Notes: a model not told the origin generated them from the sequence alone. Counted from the stretch's first letter, positions 12,281 through 25,138 are shown. The stretch: DNA of 64,000 nt from Octopus sinensis (GCF_006345805.1 NC_043002.1:16926001-16990000); one strand, 5' to 3'. Made by a program: numbers and translations.

Positions 12281-12368
12281 AAAAACCAAGGCTGTATATA
12301 TATATTAGAGCATTTATAGATAGAATGTATTAGAGCAATGCTCTAATGTCTATACAGCCTTGGTTTTT
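12281..12368. repeat. Hairpin: 18-bp perfect outer arms plus 11-bp inner arms
   Basis: aaaaaccaaggctgtata (12281-12298) / tatacagccttggttttt (12351-12368); attagagcatt (12304-12314) / aatgctctaat (12337-12347). Confidence 0.9.
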
Positions 12369-12409
12369 GTTATCTAATTACGCAAAAAATAATTATATAT
12401 ATATATATG

Positions 12410-12760
12410 CGTACGAAGGTGCATGGCTCAGTAGTTAGAACGTCGAGCTTACTATTGTGAGGTTCTGAGTTCGATTCACAGACCTGTCTACATGTTGTAC
12501 TCTTGTCTTGAGCAAGACTTTATATTTCACGTTGGTCCATTTCACTCAGCGGTAGAAAGGATTTGCGACGTCACTGGTGCCAAGCTGTATTGGATTTGTC
12601 TTTCCCTTGCATAACATCGGTGGCGTGGTGAGGAGAGGGTGGTATGTATGGGCGACCGCTGCTCTCCCATAAAAATAACCCTAGGTTGCGCGTTTGTCAG
12701 TGATGCGACTTTCCGCCCAGACTTGTACTCCGTAGCTGAACCTCTTAGGTGCATCTGTGG
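12410..12760 (+). mobile_element. tRNA-derived SINE (family C)
   Basis: tggctcagtagttagaac (A-box), ctgagttcgattc (B-box), central ttgagcaagactttatatttcacgttggtcca..cactcagc. Confidence 0.7.
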
Positions 12761-13217
12761 TCATTCTTGACCGATGGAGCCGAGTTCTATTTATGCATAA
12801 TGCTTACATACATGCATACATACATACATACGCGGCATGAGTACATGAAAAGGAATCCCACACGGTTGTACCACCATATGATCTACAGAATAGATTGAAA
12901 TCAATTTTCTTAAATTTCAAATTGGACAACGGCGAATATTTTCTCTGCTACTGCAAAATCTGTTTTTGGCTGAAGTAATCCACCGCTATTTCTACAGCTA
13001 CGCATTTCTTTATACGAAAACATATTTCTAAATTTAAACAAAATCTGCATTATGCCCCTCTCTTTCCTCTCTTCCTCTTTCTCTCTCCCCTCTCTCTGTC
13101 TCTGTCTCTCTCTTTCTCAGCAAATGTCACCTTGTGAAAACGACGACGTAAACGAAATTTTTACAGTAGAGCTTTCATATAAAATATCTATGAGAAAAGT
13201 TAATTTCGTATTTTTAC

Positions 13218-13260
<43 letters not shown>

Positions 13261-14639
13261 TATATATATGTATATACATATATATGTATATACATATATA
13301 TGTATGTATATATATGCACATATATATATATGTATATATATATGTACATATATATATATATATACATGTGTATGTGTGTTTGTGTAAGTTATCGATTTCT
13401 TTGTGCATTTATTTGTCTACATGTGTATTTTTTTCTTTTTGTAAAATCCCATAGAGACCCCAAGCCCTAAAATGCCATGTTCATGTCCGAGACAATATAA
13501 CATTTCTACAGCCATTACCTACCAACGCTAACAAATTCAAATACTTTGATTTATGACCCTATCCCTACCGACCTATCTACATATCTATCCATGAAGCCAT
13601 TATGTTGGCAATAAGATAACATGTTTGAGGTAGTATAGAACTGCGTGTGTGGGTGTGTATGTGTGTGTGTGTGTATTTGTGTGTGTGTGTGACAGTATAT
13701 GTTTAAACAGGCATGTTCATAACTACTAGTGTTACAAATAAGTTTCTCTACTTTAAGACATATTAGTTGGTCCCTTTATTTTCCGAGTTCAAATTATTCT
13801 TGACCTTCGTCCTTCTAGAATCGATAAAGAACATGAAATATGCTTAAATCGAATCAAGCGAATAGAATCGATTCTCTTCGTAAGTTTAGGCCTTACGTTT
13901 ATGTGCTAAAGATATTGTATAATATTTCTCTGTACACGTTTCATAAATCACATAAGACTATCTATAACCTATAAATTCCCATATTAACTTTAAAATAGCG
14001 CACAAGATTATGTTCCCCATAATTTGAAAAAATGATCCTTCCGTATATCTAATATATTGTCATATATTTTGCACGACTGAAATGGGCCTATAGGGGTCAG
14101 AGCTTTTACTGTGAAACTACTATTTACCACTAAAACGAAATAAGTAGATAACAGGTTGAGAAAACGCTGGAAGCGGACACGGCGGCTATATATTCTATCC
14201 TATATTTGGACTCATGCCATATATACTATACGCGCCATACCTGAATAAATGCCATTTTTTCTTAAGCGGTGGCGGGGTTGATTATACCGACTCCAGTACT
14301 TGGCTTGTACATATTTTACCGAATACGAAAGAATGACAATCACAGTTGGCCGCGACGGCTTTTCAACTCAAAATGTAAAAAGCCTTTAGCATTTATGCGA
14401 GGTTCTTCCAACTCGCTGCGTTCATAATGGTTTCAATTTTAGCACAATGCTAGCAAGTTTGGAGACGTAAGTCAGTCGACTACATCGGCCCCCAGTTCTA
14501 AGCTGCTAGTTATTTTTATTGACCCCGAAAAGAAGAGAATCACAGCTGAACTCGGCTAGACGTTAAAAGGATCGAAGTGCTGCTAGGCGTTTTGCATGGT
14601 GTGCTACCGATTCTGCCAGCTGGACCACTTTCGCTGCCT

Positions 14640-14673
14640 TAACACTACTACTACTGCTGCTGCTATATCTACG

Positions 14674-14725
<52 letters not shown>

Positions 14726-14778
14726 ACAATGATAGTAATAATAATAATAATAATAATGAGGAGGAGGATGATAATAGT

Positions 14779-14817
<39 letters not shown>

Positions 14818-14822
14818 TACAA
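14640..14822. repeat. Compound (ACT)n/(AAT)n microsatellite
   Basis: Direct reading. Confidence 0.95.
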
Positions 14823-15361
14823 CAACCTTGGGGACGTTTAACATGCCAAAGCGATAAAACAGTGCTCCGAAATCTATACAAAATCATCGGGAATAAAGAA
14901 AAGAAATGGAACCTAAACCAACTCACAAATTGCTGGCCTATATCCAAGTAAGTAATTCTCATTAAAATTTATTTCTATTTTCCAAATGAAATATATTTTA
15001 ACTGTGTATCATCTCCAAACACCATGCAATAAATAATGAAAAATAAATTGGATAATACCCGCAATATTCAACCCAATGATAATAAACGGGATGTACGTAG
15101 TTTACACTTGATCCACAACAAGTACGAAATACCACACGAGCAAAGACATTTAACACCAGAATTGAAGAGACCGGTACCTTATGAAAATAATGATCAACAC
15201 AATAAAGGGCCCGACGTAATTCCTCGTGTCCCACAAATAGAAATCAAGCATACATAAATGGATAACTGATGAATATATTTCAATTCTACACGCTTATTTT
15301 ACAGAAGTGCTTTACCCACATATATGTGCATGTGTGTGTATACATATGATTATACATATGA

Positions 15362-15784
15362 TTTACTCTTTTACTTGTTTCAGTCATTTGACTGCAGCCA
15401 TGCTGGAGCATCGCCTTTAGTCGAGCAAATCCACCCCGGGACTTATTCTTTGTAAGCCCAGTACTTATTCTATCGGTCTATTTTGCCGAACCGCTAGCTG
15501 ACGGGTACGTAAACACACCAGCATCGGTTGTCAGGCAATGCTAGGGGGACAAACACACACACAAACACACACACATACACACATATATATGTACATATGT
15601 ACGACAGGCTTCTTTCAGTTTCCGTCTACCAAATCCACTCACAGGGCATTGGTCGGACCGGGGCTATAGCAGAAGACACTTGCCCAAGATGCCACGCAGT
15701 GGGACTGAACCCGGAACCATGTGGTTGGTTAGCAAGCTACTTACCACACAGCCACTCCTGCGCCTATATACTCCTGCGCCTATA
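15362..15784 (-). mobile_element. tRNA-derived SINE (family B), full length
   Basis: Minus head aggcgcaggagtggctgtgtggtaag..ccgggttcagtccc, internal (TG/TA) tract, tail tgactgaaacaagtaaaagagtaaa. High similarity by eye to 23992-24404. Confidence 0.9.
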
Positions 15785-15788
15785 TGTA

Positions 15789-15891
<103 letters not shown>

Positions 15892-16375
15892 AAGCATAAA
15901 TGTCTGTATCTATATGCGCGCGCGTGTGTCTGAATATATATATATATATATGTGTGTGTACTTTCTCCAAGTTCTTTAACTGTAGCTCCGTTACTTCTCT
16001 ACTGCTGTTTACAGTTCAATGGGGAATATATTATATCAATTATATATACTCTCTACATTATGTATATTTCAACAAATGTTAGTCTACAACTGTAATATCT
16101 TCTCAATCAATCTTTACTACACCGATTTATGGCAATAATTTACATCTTAATGAAGCTGGAAGTAGACAGCATAATGTATGTTACCACTTAAGTAGCGCGT
16201 TTTAATCTTGCATCTATAAAGTTTCAGTTATTGCAAAATTCAGAAAGATGTTTGAAGCCGCACAGTGTCTGCTTATATTTTAGCGCGTATCTATGTTTAC
16301 GTGTATATATATATATATATAAATAAACCACGTATATAGGTGTGCGTTTGTCTGCCCTTAATACATGTGTGTATG

Positions 16376-16406
<31 letters not shown>

Positions 16407-16870
16407 GCATATATGGGTGCTGATCAAGTCGAGGTTTCTTTTAATAGTACTCGTTGATTTATGTCATATAACAAGAAATGTTCGTATACTCAAATGCCAT
16501 TAGAAAGACATGGTTTAAATTGATAACTTTTAGCATTTACATAGAGGTTATAAGTATTAGGAATACGGATGATCTGTAAGCAATGCATATTTACATTTAT
16601 ACAGATACAGTTGCATACATACTTACATACATACGTACACAGCGCTGAACCACGTGGCAGGTGTGGGAGTGAATACAAAGCGACATGAGATGATGCGCTT
16701 TGCTGAAGAACATAACGCACCACCCTGTCTTAAAACTGAACACGGGATCATGAGGGCCACGAGCTCATGCGCCCTTATATATGTACATACATACAGACAT
16801 ATATAAACTGGTCTGTAGGTGAAAACCATTCCATAGATATCAAAACGCGCAAAAATCTTGACAACAACTG

Positions 16871-17000
16871 GGAATTATTTACATTATTTATAATATTTAA
16901 ATTTGACGGATATTTGTCCTCATCTTGGTTGTTGTTAACACAACGTTTCAGCTGATATAACCTCCAGCCTTCTTCAGGTGTCTTGCGGAAATTTTAGAAT
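16871..17000 (-). mobile_element. 5'-truncated copy of the hammerhead-tail element (same family as 29756-30097)
   Basis: Shares tgacggatatttgtc(c/t)tcatct...gctgatata..ctcc...tcaggtgtcttg.ggaaattt with 29810-29900. Confidence 0.85.
16937..16982 (-). ncRNA. Minimal type-I hammerhead ribozyme motif
   Basis: GACAC-CUGAAGA-A-GGCUG GAGGUUAUAU CAGCU-GAAA-CG-U-U-GUGUU: 5-bp stem I, canonical CUGANGA/GAAA core, 5-bp stem II, palindromic ACGU stem III, GUU triplet. Confidence 0.7.
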
Positions 17001-18479
17001 TTATTTTTAGAAAACATATTTGCCACGTTGAAATGTAGTGTAACTACTGCATTGATATGTTACCACTAATCCCGGTCTTTGATTCATACATATTTACCCG
17101 ACGAATATTATATTTCGCTAGGAATTTCAGCTTCTATGAATCATTTTCTCATTTAAAAGTAAACATCTGAATACGAAAATAGATTATATAGATTTAATTC
17201 ATGAAGATACAGCCTGAAGTATTATAATGCTTTATATACGTAGATGCATACATACATAGATATGTGTGTATGTATAAACATATCTTTATCTGTATTTGTG
17301 TGTCTATTTACATATTGATATGCGCACATGCACACACACACAGACATATATAATGGGCTTCGGTCGGCCATATCCACTCACAAGGTACTGATCGGCATCG
17401 AGCAATAGTGGTCAACTTGGTCAACTTGTCAAGGATTAGGCCTGAAATGAGAACTGTGTGGTCGAGCAGCAAGCGTCTTACAACACAGCCATACCTGGCC
17501 ATATATTTATAAAACATGTATGCTTACTTGTTTGTGCGTCAGTACCTGACAGCGAGAATGGATTTGTTTGTTTTTGTTGTGTTCTTTGTGTTTCTCCGAC
17601 TCCATCGCTTGTCAACCGGTTTTGGGTTATTTAAACCACTTGAAACGTAGCGGTTCGAGAAACAAGTGAGGGTTACGATAGAATAATTACTATACTGTTG
17701 GAAACAAACATCCGAGGCGGTGCCCTCGCATGCTCGCAGTTTGATGACTGACAAAGTAAAAGGTAAATGATATACATTTATGTATTTGTTTTGCAAAAGC
17801 TATACGTGACAAAGTTTGGCTCTTATTGTTTGTGCATTCTTTTGTCTTTTACATCACGTGTTGATTGGCTTACATGCTTGTTTCGAAGTAAGGCAAAATA
17901 GGCCTTTATAGTATAGTTTACAAAACATAAGGTATGTATTGTGGAGGTTTTTAATCAATTAAACTTGATGGATATGTGACAATGTGTATTTTACTGTTAG
18001 CTTGATTGTGTGTGTCTTCGTGAGTGTCTTGCTGTGTATGAGTGTGTGCATGTGAGTGTGTCTGTGTGTATTTATTCGTGTGTCATAATATCATGGACAT
18101 CTCTATTATAATTATCTCAATTCAAGGTATCGCCCTAGTCTTAATTGTGCGGAAAATATGTTTACCAAGTCGACATTCACGGGAGATATATTAACGTTAT
18201 AGCCAAACACATTGACAGAAACTCAGGAAATATCACTTGAAATAATCCCCCACCCCTGATCTTTTTCATGCTTCAGAAGCTTATATATTGTTAATGAATG
18301 ACTAAGCAGATGTGTCACTTAATGTCCGATCATATACATCACAGCGTGAATCTATATCATCTTCAAGTGCTTCAAAGTTTGTCAACTCGATGGAAACCAT
18401 TCGTCTTCTGAGTATTGCCTACAGAAAAATCTTTATTGGAAATATGAAACTGCAAATTTCCACTTGTCATTCAATCATG

Positions 18480-18544
18480 CGCATGAGCATATATATACAT
18501 GCATATATATATATATATACATATATGTATATATTTGTATATGT

Positions 18545-18617
<73 letters not shown>

Positions 18618-18800
18618 AATATATATACATATATATATATATATGTATATATTTGTATATGTATACATATATATATATATATGTATATATTTGTATATAT
18701 ATATATATATATTTATATATGTATGTATATGTATATGTATATATATATATATACATATATATATATACATATATATATATATATTTATTTATATCAAGTG
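18480..18800. repeat. Long compound (TA)n/(TACA)/(TATG) microsatellite
   Basis: Direct reading; source of five spurious ORFs. Confidence 0.95.
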
Positions 18801-19788
18801 TAGGTGGCATAATGCGTGTGTGTATGCACATACACACATACATGCATATAATATACATATGTATATATATTATATATACACATTTTTATGTCTGAGTGTG
18901 GCTTTGTGTGTACAGAAGTAACGAATATAATAACAATCTACAAGATATATTTGAAAACCTATTGAAGTAAAACGGTCAATAATGAAATATATGGGTTGAG
19001 AAGCAGGCGAACATTTTTATTTGATGAAGTGAAGAATTACCATGAACATTGTATCGAATTTCATAGAATAATAGTAAGTTATGTTAAATACATCGATTGA
19101 AGATTATCAACAGAGAATGTCGACAGAATTCTGCAGTTAACAATCGACCAATATTTTAGAAAATATAAGAATACGATGTTTATTCGAATTAGTTCATTGA
19201 TTTTTATCGCAGCTTTGTTTGTCAGAATCTACTTTCAGCTTCGTTTAATATATAACCTATGCAAAGAAACATTAACGTCGTTTCGAGTAGGAGACCAGAT
19301 TCCAATAGTAATCCCTAGTTTACGCGAAAGTTTAAAATAGACAGTGGTAGATATATTGGATAGAGTATAAGAAAACACTAAAAAATTCATAGGCATAAAG
19401 AATTCAGACGAAGAGTTGATTTGTTGTAGATGAGGGGAATATGTCATATATTCTTATTAGTCAATATTAGTTAAGTCAATGCTTCTTCAAATATCTTTTG
19501 CAAGACATACGCAGTAAATTGGATTACATACCGATAGCTAAATAAAACCGATCGTCAGACAGGCGGTTATACTTATGTAAGAATTCCGGAGAAAATGTCT
19601 TTAAAATGAGGAAACGTATATTGGACATTAATTATCATAAGTACGCCAGATACAATTTAGGAAAACGATATGAAAGAACGTATTTCTTACATATTCATAC
19701 GTTTAAATATAAGACTAATGTGTATCTACAAACCGGAATAGCAACTCTCAAAGAAGGTTAAACCACACTGCATATATTCACATGCAGG

Positions 19789-19868
<80 letters not shown>

Positions 19869-19953
19869 AAGGGTGAAAAGGAACACACGAGTTGATATAT
19901 GAAAAAACAAGTAAAAAATAGAAAATGCTAAAATAATTTTATAGTGAACATTT

Positions 19954-19991
19954 CAGTACCGGTTTCGGTCATTTTGAGACCTTTTCAACTG
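19954..19991 (-). ncRNA. Minimal type-I hammerhead motif with U3-A8 covariation
   Basis: CAG-UUGAAAA-GGUC UCAAAAU GACC-GAAA-CCGG-U-A-CUG: stem I 3 bp, stem II 4 bp perfect, palindromic ACCGGU, GUA triplet. Confidence 0.7.
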
Positions 19992-20407
19992 TAACGATTA
20001 AATAATTAATTTAGAAAAATTAGAAGAAAAGTTTTCTTAAAAGAATATTTCTATAGTAGTGTTCAGATTTATGTGGCATTCTGCCTTTCTCTGACTCCCT
20101 TGTTTGCACTTGTGGTTTCGAGGTAGTTGTGAGTTCTTGGTAGGGTAGTAGAGGGAAGGCTGGTGAGGAAAGGGGGTTGGGAGAATCTGGGAGTGCCCTG
20201 TGGTCGTATTTTGAATGGTCAGTGGCGGCTGGCACCTCAGTTCAATTCAGGAGAATATTTATATTGACAGGCTTGTTATATAGAATTAGCGTAGGTGTTA
20301 TACTAAAAAACATAGTGACAAACTTAAGGGGTAGGGGGTGGAGAAGAAGAAGAAGAAGAAGAAGAAGAAGAAGGAGAAGGAGAAGGAGAAGATGATGGTG
20401 ATGGTGG

Positions 20408-21106
20408 TGATGATTATGACGACGATGATGATGATAACGATGATGATGAAGAAGAAGAGGAGGAAGAGGAGAGATGGTGGTGATGATGGTGGCGATGATG
20501 ATGACGCCGATGATGATGATAACGATGATGATGAAGAAGAAGAAGAAAAAAAACAGAGAAGGGAGAATATGAATGGGTGTAAATATAGCTATGAAGGGGC
20601 TGATTAGTAATGGATTCTATGGAGTGTAGTATTTGTGTGTGTATATATATTTTTTTATTTTATTCTAAAGTTGAGGTATATTAATTGTTTGTCGTAGACC
20701 CGTTGAAGTGGCTTGTATTTTGTAATAAAGATATTTTCTTTACTTATTCTTTGTCTCGAGAGACAAGGAATAAGTAAAGAAAATCTCTTTATTACAAAAT
20801 ACAAGCCACTTCTTAACGGGTCTACGACAAACAATTATATACCTCAACTTAGAATAAAAGAAAAAAATATATATACACACACAAATACTACACTCCATAG
20901 AATCCATTACGAATCAGCCCCTTCATAGCTTATTTACACCATTCATATTTCCCTTCTCTGTTTTTTCTTCTCTTCTTTTCATCATCATCGTTATCATCAT
21001 CATCGGCGTCATCATCTCGCCACCATCATCACCACCATCTTCTCCTTCTCCTCCTTCTTCTTCTTCATCATCATCGTTATCATCATCTTCGTCGTCATAA
21101 TCATCA
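20408..21106. repeat. Near-perfect palindrome of about 700 bp with essentially no spacer
   Basis: Arms 20408-20757 and 20760-21106 are reverse complements across both unique sequence and the GAT/GAA tract; centre ttgtctc-ga-gagacaa. Confidence 0.95.
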
Positions 21107-21414
21107 TAATATGTATTTATGTTATAAAAGCAACATACATATGTTCGTCTCTCTATTGATTGCATATAAATATGGATATATGTGTATGTGTGCTTATGGT
21201 CTACACAGCTGGTGTTTATGAATAATTCTTAATGTTAATGTCGTTAAATTTTTTAATGAACACCATCAGTAACGTTTTATTGATAAAAGACACGTGTAGG
21301 AAAGTCGTATTGTTTATGCATATTGGGTTGAGTTGAAACCGCAACTTACTGTTATGGCCGTCATCGCTAATTCAGACATAAAATATGCTGCAGGCGTAGA
21401 ACATAAAATCCAAC

Positions 21415-21520
21415 ACCCCCTGCTGTACTCTTTCGCCACGACTTTCTCTCACCCTGTATTCCTGTTTCTGCTGTACCTGCATTTCGAAGCGCCAGTCTTG
21501 TCACACTCTGTTTCATGCGG
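21415..21520 (+). mobile_element. SINE family D internal fragment
   Basis: ccctgctgtactctttcgccacgactttctctcac..tcctgtttctgctgtacctg..gccagtcttgtcacactctg, shared with the 5405 and 39338 copies. Confidence 0.6.
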
Positions 21521-22994
21521 AAATGTTACATTTCCTGTCCCTTATTGTAACACCTTAAATCTTCAATAATATTTGATTTTATATTCCACCAAAATGTGTT
21601 CTTTTTTAATCAGAGGATGCTCGAACGTCTGTGGAAATTCTTGTCCAGTGTGTTTATAAGAATTGTACTTATTCCAATTATATGTCACTTGTGCATATGT
21701 ATTGACTTTGTAAGTTTTTGTGATTTCATGCGGTAATTTTCTTTGCTGTATATAATCACGACTGCATTGAAAGCTGCATTATATATAGCCACCAAATTAT
21801 AAAAAAAAATATCATGAAGAAATACCAAAATATGCAATTAGATCTTAAATTTAGATACATCAATACGATGACATTTTTACTAAATATGATGTTCAATACT
21901 GGGGCCATTGGATATGAACCAGGATCCTATGCCGCAGCTAAACCAGTACTTATCAAAGCAAGTAAACAGTATTTAAGCATCATTTAATAGAAGTTCATAC
22001 AGGCATATTGTAACATACTTTTTACCTTTAAACTATTGAACAAGAGAAATTCTTCAATTGTAAACATCTAAGTATGAGAAGCAAATATTTTTTTAATATT
22101 TTAATTATAACATTGAAGGGAGGATGATTAAAAGATCAGATAACTGTTAACATGTAAAGTACAATATCATGTTTTTATTTCAAAATATGCGTAGAAGAAA
22201 AATATACAGTCTACTGTTGTCTGAAATTTTGGGAACATATAAAAATTTATGTTGTTGGAACATACCAGCCTAGTGAACACTTATTTATAATACACAAATA
22301 ATAGTCTTTGTAATGTATTATTACAATCTATCATCTACTTGTTATTGATTTTCTTTTTTTGCCTCTGACATTTAAACCTCTAGTTTGCTTATTTTCATCT
22401 TCGCATTTTATTCATAATTTGAAATATTATTTATTTGCATTTACCAAACGATAAATCACATTTATTGTTTTTAAATCTAAACTTCCAGGTAAAAGAGAAT
22501 AACTATTTTTCTTCCTCAAAGGATCATGTTCACGTAAAAATAATAAATCAGAAACTTGTAAATAGAAATGATTTATTGTTTCACATTACTGCAGTTATAA
22601 AATTCGCTCTGAGTAAATAGAATAGGTTGATTATGTTAAAGACTTTGAATAGCATTTACAATGTCATTAGAGTTGCAACAAATTAGTTGTGTGTCGTTGT
22701 TTTTTCTTAAGTGACGGCTCATTGTATGCAGAGTTCAAACATGAATTTAGCTTTGACTTTCATCGTCTCGAACTGATCAAATTCTTTTCTGTTCCAATGC
22801 AGCAGTAAATAAAATGTCCAATGCATGGAAATTTTAGAACGTTCGTCAACAAGCAATGCTTTATGGTATCCGACTATAAGTGATCTCTGTTTGATAATAG
22901 ATGAAACTGCAATCCGCTTTCAATTCACTATTTTTTACTTGGTTTCATTTACCTGAAATTACACCGATTCGAGTATTAGGAACAATTGTATACC

Positions 22995-23227
22995 TATTTC
23001 TTTACTAACCACAAGGGGCTAAACACAGAGGGAACAAACAAGGACAGACAAACGGATTAAGTCGATTATATCAACTCCAGTACGTAACTGGTACTTATTT
23101 AATCGACCCCGAAAGGATGGAAAGCAAAGTCGACCACGGCGGAATTTGAACTCAGAACGTAGCGACAGACGAAATACCGCTTATCATTTCGCCCGGTGTG
23201 CTAACGCTTCTGCCAGCTCGCCGCCTT
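22995..23227 (-). mobile_element. SINE family A, full length
   Basis: Reverse complement of the 7578-7809 type, end to end. Confidence 0.9.
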
Positions 23228-23436
23228 AATAGTATACCTTTCAGATAACGCCTTTCTCTTCTTCCTCCATGGTTTCTTGCGAAAACCTGAAAAACTGAAA
23301 GAGATCATATTTGCTACCTTTCTTTATAATATAAACAGTATTAGACTAACAGATGGACATACAAACACACAAACGCATGCACACAAACACACACATATAA
23401 GTAGCAAGACAGGCAAATAAGAACACATAAAAGGCA

Positions 23437-23581
23437 TAGCGTCCGTTCTCCATGCTAGCATGGGTTGGACGGTTCAACTGGGGTCTGTGACGCTGGAAGG
23501 CTTCATCTGACTGGGCCTGATGAAGCATTCCAGACCCCAGTTGAACCGTCCAACCCATGCTAGCATGGAGAACGGACGCTA
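23437..23581. repeat. Perfect 51-bp inverted repeat (23437-23487 / 23531-23581) followed by (GAT)n
   Basis: tagcgtccgttctccatgctagcatgggttggacggttcaactggggtctg and its exact reverse complement, 51/51 checked base by base. Confidence 0.97.
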
Positions 23582-23787
23582 AGTGATGATGATGATGATG
23601 AACTTTTCATTTAAAATATTGTTTATTTCTTATTGTGTGACTGTCTTACTTAATTCTTACCCCTTTCATGACAATTGCACTTATAGCCTCTATTTATTTG
23701 TGCTATACTTAATGCCAATTACGAGGATGTTGACTATCTATACTACATAAGCCTTAAATAACCCAAATATGTGCGTTTGTAGATGAA

Positions 23788-23826
<39 letters not shown>

Positions 23827-23991
23827 ATACAGTAGAAACTTTTAAATTCTCCTCTCTATTCGCAGAGTGTTATTGCGTCTTTGCAGTCCGATCTCGGTGA
23901 AGCTCGTTATCTATTAATATCATGTTTTCCATTTAGAATATGTTTGAAATCACATTGGAAAAACACCGGGTATGTCGATACGTCTGTAATA

Positions 23992-24404
23992 TACTCTTTT
24001 TACTCTTTTACTCTTTTACTTGTTTCAGTCATTTGACTGCGGCCATGCTGGAGCACCGCCTTTAGTCGAGCAAATCGACCCCGGGACTTATTCTTTGTAA
24101 GCCCAGTACTTATTCTATCGGTCTCTTTTGCCGAACCGCTAAGTAACGGGAAAGTAAACACACCAGCATCGGTTGCCAAGCGATGTTGGGGGGACAAACA
24201 CAGACACACAAACACACACACACATACATATATATATATACGACAGGCTTCTTTCAGTTTCCGTCTACCAAATCCACTCACAAGGCATTGGTCGGCCCGG
24301 GGCTATAGCAGAAGACACTTGCCCAAGATGCTACGCAGTGGGACTGAACCCGGAACCATGTGGTTGGTTAGCAAGCTACTTACCACACAGCCACGCCTGC
24401 GCCT
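23992..24404 (-). mobile_element. SINE family B, full length
   Basis: As 15362-15784. Confidence 0.9.
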
Positions 24405-25069
24405 ATATATATAGAATAGTTTAATAATATCTGTTGTAACACGAAATATAAAGTATTTCTACGTCTTCATTAATGGCAAATTTCTCAAGAGCCAAGTCAT
24501 ACACAAATATATATACATTCGGGAATAAACAATTAAGATAAAATTTATCATTAAAAATACGCCAATACTCTGATATTAATTATGTAAACAATAGACTAAC
24601 AGAAATAAAGAAGTCTTTTAGTTAAATCGATTCAGAGATTTACTTATAATTTTGCTTTCAATCTCAAAGGGAATTTAAAGCTATGTCGAGGTTAAATGTT
24701 GTATTTTGGATGTTACAATATCTTACTCACATAGCATTGTGCGTGACAAGTATTTCCGTTTCAATAACTCTTGATTTCACCGCTTGTCAGTGTTTACGCT
24801 TCTACTATCATTTAATCCATTTTCTTTGAAATTTCTTCTGCTGATTGTTTTTTGCTGTTGAATTTGTGCTATGAAATTTCAAAGTAACTTGCGCCTACTT
24901 AGAGTCATTCATTAATGAAAGACCTTTACTACACTGGAAATCCATTATGTTTACTGATAACATTCAGATCGTTAAAACCCCTTTAATCACGGCACTTATC
25001 ATCATCGCCCTCGTCGTCACCATAATCATCATCATTACCCAACATTTTCAACGTTATTATTGTACTCGT

Positions 25070-25138
25070 CAACATCATCATTACCACCACCATCACCATC
25101 ATCATCAACATCTTCATCATTATCATCATCATCATTCA

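Noticed and set aside
13111-13198. Exon after a long pyrimidine tract
   Set aside because: The tract is a (CT)n microsatellite and the donors are weak.
23517-23535. CUGAUGA inside the 51-bp hairpin loop
   Set aside because: No GAAA in register, so not a hammerhead.
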